In this document: positions 1 to 10,299 of the stretch, in pieces | Layout: every line of letters starts with the position of its first letter | Position numbering within the stretch: position 1 is the stretch's first letter | Notes under the pieces: generated by a model | What the model was told of the DNA's origin: nothing | Databases searched by the model: none | The model's input: the letters and a program-made list of their open reading frames with translations, nothing else | Made by a program: the position numbers and the translations under genes | NCBI GenBank assembly: GCA_964016885.1 | Contig: OZ024741.1 | Coordinates: 256,804,001 to 256,868,000 of the forward strand | Reading direction: 5' to 3' | DNA: 64,000 nucleotides | From: Eledone cirrhosa | Taxonomy: Eukaryota

Positions 1-61
1 TTTCGACTTACGAGTGTTTCGACTTGCGAGTGTTTCGACTTACGAATGTTCCGACTTACGA

Positions 62-130
62 AAATAACAAATAGACGCGGTTTCAAATATCTATGCTTTT
101 CAAATTCATTACATTAATCTTTATTTATAC
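62..130. repeat. AT-rich ~69-bp interspersed element, subtype A (representative copy; 16 copies)
   Basis: AAATAACAAATAGACGCGGTTTCAAATATCTATGCTTTTCAAATTCATTACATTAATCTTTATTTATAC, with diagnostic AAATATCT. Copies begin at ~62, 758, 3848, 4544, 10962, 11658, 15907, 16603, 23021, 23717, 28863, 29559, 39292, 39988, 49710 and 50406, always in pairs 696 bp apart. Confidence 0.95.
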
Positions 131-1105
131 GTTTCGCTTTACGAGTGTTTCGGCGTACGAGTGTTTCGACTTACGAGTGTTTTAACTTACGGTTGTTTCG
201 ACTTACGCGTGTTTCGACTACGAATGTTCCGACTTACGAGTGTTTCGACTTACGAGTGTTTCGACTTACGAGTGCTTCGACTTACGAATGTTTTGACTTA
301 CTTCGACTTACGAGTGATCTGACTTACGAGTGTTCCTACTTACGAGTGTTCCGACTTACGTGTGTTTCGACTTACGAGTGTTTTGACTTACGGGTGTTTC
401 GACTTACGAGTGTTTCGACTTACGAGTGTTTCGAGTTACGGGTGTTTCGACTTACGAGTGTTTTGACTTACGAGTGTTAAGACTTACGGGTGTTTTGACA
501 TACGAGTGTTTCGATACGAGTGTTTCGACTTACGAGTGTTTTGACTTACGGGTGTTTTGACATACGAGTGTTTCGATTCGAGTGTTCTGACTTACGAGTG
601 TTCTGACTTACGAGTGTTCTGACTTACGAGTGTTCTGACTTACGAGTGTTCCGACTTACGAGTGATCTGACTTACGAGTGTTCCTACTTACGAGTGTTTC
701 GACTTACGAGTGTTTCGACTTGCGAGTGTTTCGACTTACGAATGTTCCGACTTACGAAAATAACAAATAGACGCCGTTTCAAATATCTATGCTTTTCAAA
801 TTCATTACATTAATCTTTATTTATACGTTTCGCTTTACGAGTGTTTCGGCGTACGAGTGTTTCGACTTACGAGTGTTTTAACTTACGGTTGTTTCGACTT
901 ACGCGTGTTTCGACTACGAATGTTCCGACTTACGAGTGTTTCGACTTACGAGTGTTTCGACTTACGAGTGCTTTGACTTACGAATGTTTTGACTTACTTC
1001 GACTTACGAGTGATCTGACTTACGAGTGTTCCTACTTACGAGTGTTTCGACTTACGAGTGTTTCGACTTGCGAGTGTTTCGACTTACGAGTGTTTCGACT
1101 TACGA

Positions 1106-1174
1106 AAATAACAAATAGACGCGGTTTCAAATCTCTATGCTTTTCAAATTCATTACATTAATCTTTATTTATAC
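1106..1174. repeat. AT-rich interspersed element, subtype B (representative; 9 copies)
   Basis: Carries AAATCTCTATG and is followed by the flank GAGTTACG...TGATTCGGCTAACG. Copies at ~1106, 4892, 11974, 16951, 24033, 29907, 40336, 50754 and 58072. Confidence 0.93.
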
Positions 1175-2047
1175 GTTTCGCTTTACGAGTGTTTCGAGTT
1201 ACGAGTGTCTCGACATACGAGTGATTCGGCTAACGAGTGTTTTGATTTACGAGTGTTTTGACTTACGGGTGCTTCGACTTACGCGTGTTTCGACTTACGA
1301 GTGTTTCGACTTACGAGTGTTTCGACTTACGATTGTTTCGGCTTACGAGTGTTTCGACTTACGAGTGTTCTAACTACGAGTGTTCTGACTTACGGGTGTT
1401 CTGACTTACGAGTGTTCCGACTTACGAGTGTTTCGGCTTATGAGTGTTTCGACTTACAAGTGCTTCGACTTACGAGTGTTTCGGCTTACGGGTGTTTCGA
1501 CTTACGAATGTTTTTGCTTACGAGTGTTTCGGCTTACGAGTGTTTCGGCTTATGAGTGTTTCGACTTACAAGTGTTTTGACTTACGGGTGTTTTGACATA
1601 CGAGTGTTTCGATACGAGTGTTCTGACTTACGAGTGTTTCCGCTTACGAGTGTTTCGGCTTACGAGTGTTTCGACTTACTAATGTTTTTACTTACGAGTG
1701 TTTCGGTGTACGAGTGTTTCGACTCAAGGATGTTTCGACTTACGAGTGTTTCGACTTACGAGTGTTTCGACTTACGAGTGTTTTGGCTTACGAATGTTTT
1801 GATTTACGGGTGTTTCGACTTACGGGTGTTTCGGCTTACGAGTGTTTCGACTTATGAGTGTTCCGACTTACGAGTGTTTCGATACGAGTGTTTCGACTTA
1901 CGAGTGTTCTGACTTACGAGTGTTCTGACTTACGAGTGTTCTAACTTACGAGTGTTCTGACTTACGAGTGTTCTGACTTACGAGTGTTCCGACTTACGAG
2001 TGTTTCGGCTCACCAGTGTTTCGGCTTACGAGTGTTTCGACTTACGA

Positions 2048-2116
2048 AAATAACAAATAGACGCGGTTTCAAATCTCTATGCTTTTCATATTCATTACAT
2101 TAATCTTTATTTATAC
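2048..2116. repeat. AT-rich interspersed element, subtype C (representative; 9 copies)
   Basis: Diagnostic TTTTCATATTC and downstream CGCCTTACG; preceded by the GGCTCACCAG monomer. Copies at ~2048, 6876, 13550, 18935, 25593, 31764, 36022, 42193 and 52738. Confidence 0.93.
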
Positions 2117-2464
2117 GTTTCGCCTTACGAGTGTTTCAACTTACGAGTGTTTCGACTTACGAGTGTTTCGGCTTACGAGTGTTTCGACTTACGAGTGTTT
2201 TGACTTACGGGTGTTTTGACATACGAGTGTTTCGATACGAGTGTTCTGACTTACGAGTGTTCTGACTTACGAGTGTTCTGACTTACGAGTGTTCTGACTT
2301 ACGAGTGTTCTGACATACGTGTGTTCTGACTTACGAGTGTTCCGATTTACGAGTGTTTCGGCTTATGAGTGTTTCGACTTACGAATGTTTTTGCTTATGG
2401 GTGTTTCGACTTACGAATGTTTTTGCTTACGAGTGTTTCGGCTTACGAGTGTTTCGACTTACGA

Positions 2465-2533
2465 AAATAACAAATAGACGTGGTTTCAAATCTCTATGCT
2501 TTTCAAATTCATTACATTAATCTTTATTTACAC
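2465..2533. repeat. AT-rich interspersed element, subtype D (representative; 6 copies)
   Basis: Diagnostic GACGTGG, TTTACACG and downstream TTTACTAG. Copies at ~2465, 13967, 26010, 34573, 36439 and 45002. Confidence 0.93.
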
Positions 2534-5500
2534 GTTTCGCTTTACTAGTGTTTCGACTTACGAGTGTTTCGACTTACGAGTGTTTCGACTTACGAGTGTT
2601 TCGACTTACGAGTGTTTCGACTTACGAGTGTTTTGAATTACGAGTGTTCTGACTTACGAGTGTTCTGAATTACGAGTGTTTCGACTTACGAGTGTTCTGA
2701 CTTACGAGTGTTCTGACTTACGAGTGTTCCGACTTACGAGTGTTTCGACTTACGAGTGTTTCGACTTACGAGTGTTTCGGCTTACGAGTGTTTTGACTTA
2801 CGAATGTTCTGACTACGAGTGTTCTGACTTACGAGTGTTTCGGCTTATGAGTGTTTCGACTTACGAGTGTTTCGGCTTATGAGTGTTTCGACTTACGAGT
2901 GTTTCGGCTTACGATTGTTTCAACTTACGAGTGTTTCGACTTACGAGTGTTTCGACATACGGGTGTTTCGACTTACGAGTGTTTCGACTACGAGTGTTTC
3001 GACTTACGAGTGTTTCGGCTTACGAGTGTTTCGACATACGGGTGTTTCGACTTACGGTGTTTCGGCTTACGAGTGTTTCGACTTACGAGTGTTCTGACTT
3101 ACGAGTGTTCTGACTTACGAGTGTTCTGACTTACGAGTGTTCCGACTTACGAGTGTTTCGGCTTACGAGTGTTTCGGCTTACGAGTGTTTCGGCTTACGA
3201 GTGTTTCGACTTACGAGTGTTTCGACTTACGAGTGTTTCGACTTACGAGTGTGTTGACTTACGGTGTTTCGGCTTACGAGTGTTTCGACTTACGAGTGTT
3301 TTGACTTACTGGTGTTTTGACATACGAGTGTTTCGATACGAGTGTTTCGACTTACGGTGTTTCGGCTTACGAGTGTTTCGACTTACGAGTGTTCTGACTT
3401 ACGAGTGTTCTGACTTACGAGTGTTCTGACCTACGAGTGTTCTGACTTACGTGTGTTTCGACTTACGAGTGTTTTGACTTACGGGTGTTTCGACTTACGA
3501 GTGTTTCGACTTACGAGTGTTTCGAGTTACGGGTGTTTCGACTTACGAGTGTTTTGACTTACGAGTGTTAAGACTTACGGGTGTTTTGACATACGAGTGT
3601 TTCGATACGAGTGTTTCGACTTACGAGTGTTTTGACTTACGGGTGTTTTGACATACGAGTGTTTCGATACGAGTGTTTCGAGTACGAGTGTTTCGACTTA
3701 CGAGTGTTTCGGCTTACGAGTGTTTCGACTTACGAGTGTTCTGACCTACGAGTGTTCTGACTTACGAGTGTTCCTACTTACGAGTGTTTCGACTTACGAG
3801 TGTTTAGACTTGCGAGTGTTTCGACTTACGAATGTTCCGACTTACGAAAATAACAAATAGACGCGGTTTCAAATATCTATGCTTTTCAAATTCATTACAT
3901 TAATCTTTATTTATACGTTTCGCTTTACGAGTGTTTCGGCGTACGAGTGTTTCGACTTACGAGTGTTTTAACTTACGGTTGTTTCGACTTACGCGTGTTT
4001 CGACTACGAATGTTCCGACTTACGAGTGTTTCGACTTACGAGTGTTTCGACTTACGAGTGCTTTGACTTACGAATGTTTTGACTTACTTCGACTTACGAG
4101 TGATCTGACTTACGAGTGTTCCTACTTACGAGTGTTCTGACTTACGTGTGTTTCGACTTACGAGTGTTTTGACTTACGGGTGTTTCGACTTACGAGTGTT
4201 TCGACTTACGAGTGTTTCGAGTTACGGGTGTTTCGACTTACGAGTGTTTTGACTTACGAGTGTTAAGACTTACGGGTGTTTTGACATACGAGTGTTTCGA
4301 TACGAGTGTTTCGACTTACGAGTGTTTTGACTTACGGGTGTTTTGACATACGAGTGTTTCGATACGAGTGTTCTGACTTACGAGTGTTCTGACTTCCGAG
4401 TGTTCTGACTTACAAGTGTTCTGACTTACGAGTGTTCCGACTTACGAGTGATCTGACTTACGAGTGTTCCTACTTACGAGTGTTTCGACTTACGAGTGTT
4501 TCGACTTGCGAGTGTTTCGACTTACGAATGTTCCGACTTACGAAAATAACAAATAGACGCGGTTTCAAATATCTATGCTTTTCAAATTCATTACATTAAT
4601 CTTTATTTATACGTTTCGCTTTACGAGTGTTTCGGCGTACGAGTGTTTCGACTTACGAGTGTTTTAACTTACGGTTGTTTCGAATTACGCGTGTTTCGAC
4701 TACGAATGTTCCGACTTACGAGTGTTTCGACTTACGAGTGTTTCGACTTACGAGTGCTTTGACTTACGAATGTTTTGACTTACTTCGACTTACGAGTGAT
4801 CTGACTTACGAGTGTTCCTACTTACGAGTGTTTCGACTTACGAGTGTTTCGACTTGCGAGTGTTTCGACATACGAGTGTTTCGACTTACGAAAATAACAA
4901 ATAGACGCGGTTTCAAATCTCTATGCTTTTCAAATTCATTACATTAATCTTTATTTATACGTTTCGCTTTACGAGTGTTTCGAGTTACGAGTGTTTCGAC
5001 ATACGAGTGATTCGGCTAACGAGTGTTTTGATTTACGAGTGTTTTGACTTACGGGTGCTTCGACTTACGCGTGTTTCGACTTACGAGTGTTTCGACTTAC
5101 GAGTGTTTCGACTTACGATTGTTTCGGCTTACGAGTGTTTCGACTTACGAGTGTTCTGACTACGAGTGTTCTGACTTACGGGTGTTCTGACTTACGAGTG
5201 TTCCGACTTACGAGTGTTTCGGCTTATGAGTGTTTCGACTTACAAGTGCTTCGACTTACGAGTGTTTCGGCTTACGGGTGTTTCGACTTACGAATGTTTT
5301 TGCTTACGAGTGTTTCGGCTTACGAGTGTTTCGGCTTATGAGTGTTTCGACTTACAAGTGTTTTGACTTACGGGTGTTTTGACATACGAGTGTTTCGATA
5401 CGAGTGTTCTGACTTACGAGTGTTTCCGCTTACGAGTGTTTCGGCTTACGAGTGTTTCGACTTACTAATGTTTTTACTTACGAGTGTTTCGGTGTACGAG

Positions 5501-7910
5501 TGTTTCGACTTAAGGATGTTTCGACTTACGAGTGTTTCGACTTACGAGTGTTTCGACTTACGAGTGTTTCGACTTACGAGTGTTTTGGCTTACGAATGTT
5601 TTGACATACGGGTGTTTCGACTTACGGGTGTTTCGGCTTACGAGTGTTTCGACTTATGAGTGTTCCGACTTACGAGTGTTTCGACTTACGAGTGTTCTGA
5701 CTACGAGTGTTCTGACTTACGTGTGCTCTGACTTACGAGTGTTTCGACTTACGAGTGTTCCGACTTACGAGTGTTTCGACTTACGAGTGTTTCGACTTAC
5801 GAGCGTTTTGACTTACGAGTGTTTTGACTTACGGTGTTTCTGCTTACGAGTGTTTAGACTTACGAGGGTTAAGACTTACGGGTGTTTTGACATACGAGTG
5901 TTTCGACTTACGAGTGTTACGAGTGTTCTGACTTACGAGTGTTTCGACTTACGAGTGTTCTGACCTACGAGTGTTCTGACTTACGAGTGTTTCGACTTAC
6001 GAGTGTTTCGAGTTATGAGTGTTCCGACTTACGAGTGTTTCGACTTACGAGTGTTCTGACTACGAGTGTTCTGACTTACGGGTGCTCTGACTTACGAGTG
6101 TTTCGACTTACGAGTGTTTCGACTTATGAGTGTTTCGGCTTACGAGTGTTTTGACTTACGAGTGTTCTGACTACGAGTGTTCTGACTTACGAGTGTTTCG
6201 GCTTATGAGTGTTTCGACTTACGAGTGTTTCGGCTTATGAGTGTTTCGACTTACGAGTGTTTCGGCTTACGAGTGTTTCGACTTACGAGTGTTTCGACTT
6301 ACGAGTGTTTCAACTTACGAGTGTTTCGACTTACGAGTGTTTCGACTTACGGGTGTTTCGACTTACGAGTGTTTCGACTACGAGTGTTTCGACTTACGAG
6401 TGTTTCGGCTTACGAGTGTTTCGACATACGGGTGTTTCGACTTACGGTGTTTCGGCTTACGAGTGTTTCGACTTACGAGTGTTCTGACTTACGAGTGTTC
6501 TGACTTACGAGTGTTCCGACTTACGAGTGTTTCGGCTTACGAGTGTTTCGGCTTACGAGTGTTTCGACTTACGAGTGTTTCGACTTACGAGTGTTTCGAC
6601 TTACGAGTGTTTCGACTTACGAGTGTTTTGACTTACGGTGTTTCGGCTTACGAGTGTTTCGACTTACGAGTGTTTTGACTTACTGGTGTTTTGACATACG
6701 AGTGTTTCGATACGAGTGTTTCGACTTACGAGTGTTCTGACTTACGAGTGTTCTGACTTACGAGTGTTCTAACTTACGAGTGTTCTGACTTACGAGTGTT
6801 CTGACTTACGAGTGTTCCGACTTACGAGTGTTTCGGCTCACCAGTGTTTCGGCTTACGAGTGTTTCGACTTACGAAAATAACAAATAGACGCGGTTTCAA
6901 ATCTCTATGCTTTTCATATTCATTACATTAATCTTTATTTATACGTTTCGCCTTACGAGTGTTTCGACTTACGAGTGTTTCGACTTACGAGTGTTTCGGC
7001 TTACGAGTGTTTCGACTTACGAGTGTTTTGACTTACGGGTGTTTTGACATACGAGTGTTTCGATACGAGTGTTCTGACTTACGAGTGTTCTGACTTACGA
7101 GTGTTCTGACTTACGAGTGTTCTGACTTACGAGTGTTCTGACTTACGAGTGTTCTGACTTACGAGTGTTCCGATTTACGAGTGTTTCGGCTTATGAGTGT
7201 TTCGACTTACGAATGTTTTTGCTTACGGGTGTTTCGACTTACGAATGTTTTTGCTTACGAGTGTTTCGGCTTACGAGTGTTTCGACTTACGAGTGTTTCG
7301 GCTTACGAGTGTTTTGACTTACGAATGTTCTGACTACGAGTGTTCTGACTTACGAGTGTTTCGGCTTATGAGTGTTTCGGCTTACGAGTGTTTCGACATA
7401 CGGGTGTTTCGACTTACGGTGTTTCGGCTTTCGAGTGTTTCGACTTACGAGTGTTCTGACTTACGAGTGTTCTGACTTACGAGTGTTCTGACTTACGAGT
7501 GTTCCGACTTACGAGTGTTTCGGCTTACGAGTGTTTCGGCTTACGAGTGTTTCGGCTTACGAGTGTTTTGACTTACGAGTGTTTTGACTTACGGTGTTTC
7601 GGCTTACGAGTGTTTCGACTTACGAGTGTTTCGACTTACGAGTGTTTTGACTTACGGTGTTTCGGCTTACGAGTGTTTCGACTTACGAGTGTTTTGACTT
7701 ACTGGTGTTTTGACATACGAGTGTTTCGATACGAGTGTTTCGACTTACGAGTGTTCTGACTTACGAGTGTTCTGACTTACGAGTGTTCTGACTGACGAGT
7801 GTTCTAACTTACGAGTGTTCTGACTTACGAGTGTTCTGACTTACGAGTGTTCCGACTTACGAGTGTTTCGGCTCACCAGTGTTTCGGCTTACGAGTGTTT
7901 CGACTTACGA

Positions 7911-7979
7911 AAATAACAAATAGACGCGGTTTCAAATCTCTATACTTTTCAAATTCATTACATTAATCTTTATTTATAC
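7911..7979. repeat. AT-rich interspersed element, subtype E (representative; 9 copies)
   Basis: Diagnostic CTCTATACTTTTC. Copies at ~7911, 19970, 32672, 33922, 43101, 44351, 53694, 56749 and 62740. Confidence 0.93.
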
Positions 7980-8129
7980 GTTTCGCTTTACGAGTGTTTC
8001 GACTTACGAGTGTTTCGACTTACGAGTGTTTCGGCTTACGATTGTTTTGACTTACGAGTGTTTTGACTTACGGGTGTTTCGGCCTACGAGTGTTTCGACT
8101 TACGAGTGTTCTGACTTACGAGTGTTCTG

Positions 8130-10075
8130 ACTTACGAGCGTTCCGACTTACGAGTGTTTCGGCTTACGAGTGTTCCGACTTACGAGTGTTTCGACTTACG
8201 AGTGTTTCGACTTACAAGCGTTTTGACTTACGAGTGTTTTGACTTACGGTGTTTCTGCTTACGAGTGTTTCGACTTACGAGGGTTAAGACTTACGGGTGT
8301 TTTGACATACGAGTGTTTCGACTTACGAGTGTTACCAGTGTTCTGACTTACGAGTGTTTCGACTTACGAGTGTTCTGACCTACGAGTGTTCTGACTTACG
8401 AGTGTTTCGACTTACGAGTGTTTTGACTTACGGGTGTTTCGACTTACGAGTGTTTCGACTTACGAGTGTTTCGAGTTACGGGTGTTTCGACTTACGAGTG
8501 TTTTGACTTAAGAGTGTTAAGACTTACGGGTGTTTTGACATACGAGTGTTTCGATACGAGTGTTTCGACTTACGAGTGTTTTGACTTACGGGTGTTTTGA
8601 CATACGAGTGTTTCGAAACGAGTGTTTCGACTACGAGTGTTTCGACTTACGAGTGTTTCGGCTTACGAGTGTTTCGACATACGGGTGTTTCGATTTACGG
8701 TGTTTCGGCTTACGAGTGTTTCGACTTACGAATGTTCTGACTTACGAGTGTTCTGACTTACGAGTGTTCTGACTTACGAGTGTTCTGACTTACGATTGTT
8801 CCGACTTACGAGTGTTTCGGCTTACGAGTGTTTCGGCTTACGAGTGTTTCGACTTACGAGTGTTTCGATTTACGAGTGTTTCGACTTCCGAGTGCTTTGA
8901 CTTACGGTGTTTCGGCTTACGAGTGTTTCGACTTACGAGTGATTTGACTTACTGGTGTTTTGACATACGAGGGTTTCGATACGAGTGTTTCGACTTACGA
9001 GTGTTTTAACTTACGGTTGTTTCGAATTACGCGTGTTTCGACTACGAATGTTCCGACTTACGAGTGTTTCGACTTACGAGTGTTTCGACTTACGAGTGTT
9101 TTGACTTACGGGTGTTTCGACTTACGAGTGTTTCGACTTACGAGTGTTTCGGCTTACGAGTGTTTCGACTTAAGAGTGTTCTGACTTACGAGTGTTTCGA
9201 CTTACGAGCGTTCCGACTTACGAGTGTTTCGGCTTACGAGTGTTCCGACTTACGAGTGTTTCGACTTACGAGTGTTTCGACTTACGAGCGTTTTGTCTTA
9301 CGAGTGTTTTGACTTACGGTGTTTCTGCTTACGAGTGTTTCGACTTACGAGTGTTAAGACTTACGGGTGTTTTGACATACGAGTGTTTCGACTTACGAGT
9401 GTTACGAGTGTTCTGACTTACGAGTGTTTCGACTTACGAGTGTTCTGACCTACGAGTGTTCTGACTTACGAGTGTTTCGACTTACGAGTGTTTTGACTTA
9501 CGGGTGTTTCGACTTACGAGTGTTTCGACTTACGAGTGTTTCGAGTTACGGGTGTTTCGACTTACGAGTGTTTTGACTTACGAGTGTTAAGACTTACGGG
9601 TGTTTTGACATACGAGTGTTTCGATACGAGTGTTTCGACTTACGAGTGTTTTGACTTACGGGTGTTTTGACATACGAGTGTTTCGATACGAGTGTTTCGA
9701 GTACGAGTGTTTCGACTTACGAGTGTTTCGGCTTACGAGTGTTTCGACATACGGGTGTTTCGATTTACGGTGTTTCGGCTTACGAGTGTTTCGACTTACG
9801 AATGTTCTGACTTACGAGTGTTCTGACTTACGAGTGTTCTGACTTACGAGTGTTCTGTCTTACGATTGTTCCGACTTACGAGTGTTTCGGCTTACGAGTG
9901 TTTCGGCTTACGAGTGTTTCGACTTACGAGTGTTTCGATTTACGAGTGTTTCGACTTACGAGTGCTTTGACTTACGGTGTTTCGGCTTACGAGTGTTTCG
10001 ACTTACGAGTGTTTTGACTTACTGGTGTTTTGACATACGAGTGTTTCGATACGAGTGTTTCGACTTACGAGTGTT
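8130..10075 (+). repeat. Older local duplication, period 1070 bp (~8130-9005 and ~9200-10075); also present at +12059
   Basis: Offsets 8154/9224, 8560/9630 and 8812/9882, with several substitutions between the copies. Confidence 0.85.
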
Positions 10076-10230
10076 CTGACTTACGAGTGTTCTGACTTAC
10101 GAGTGTTCTGACTTACGAGTGTTCTAACTTACGAGTGTTCTGACTTACGAGTGTTCTGACTTACGAGTGTTCCGACTTACGAGTGTTTCGGCTCACCAGT
10201 GTTTCGGCTTACGAGTGTTTCGACTTACGA

Positions 10231-10299
10231 AAATAACAAATAGACGCGGTTTCAAATCTCTATGCTTTTCAAATTCATTACATTAATCTTTATCTATAC
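10231..10299. repeat. AT-rich interspersed element, subtype F (representative; 7 copies)
   Basis: Core is B-like but the downstream flank is GGCTTACGATTGTTTTGA...GTTGTGAC. Copies at ~10231 and 22290 (TTTATCTATAC), 14957, 27913 and 38342 (CTATGGTTTTC), 46968 and 48760. Confidence 0.88.

Larger units (their letters stand above)
1..1870 (+). repeat. A-A-B block matching ~10901-12740 (offset 10900, then 10868) and, more divergently, ~3787-5670 (offset 3786)
   Basis: ORF offsets 145/11045, 841/11741 and 1137/12005. Shared rare variants GACGCCG, TTTCGATTCG, GTCTCGACAT and GACTCAAGGATG. Confidence 0.88.

Noticed and set aside
62-130. Insert as an actively transposing MITE or SINE
   Set aside because: All copies share identical phase, orientation and subtype-linked flanks. 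There is only a 5-bp inverted end, no distinguishable target-site duplication, and no A/B boxes or poly(A) tail.
62-135. Insert as a tRNA or other structured RNA gene (tRNA-like length)
   Set aside because: No cloverleaf stems or convincing T-loop/D-loop arrangement; it is very AT-rich with only short imperfect stems.
61-1105. A-A spacing (696) is exactly twice the A-B spacing (348)
   Set aside because: The extra 348 bp is accounted for by 20 full and two 14-bp monomers with no insert remnant, and the A-B spacing is 316 in other copies, so it appears coincidental.
6342-6354. Canonical CENP-B box
   Set aside because: TTCG-N4-A-CGGG lacks the two nucleotides required between A and CGGG, so it is not called as a feature. 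It is kept only as a speculative resemblance in the findings.
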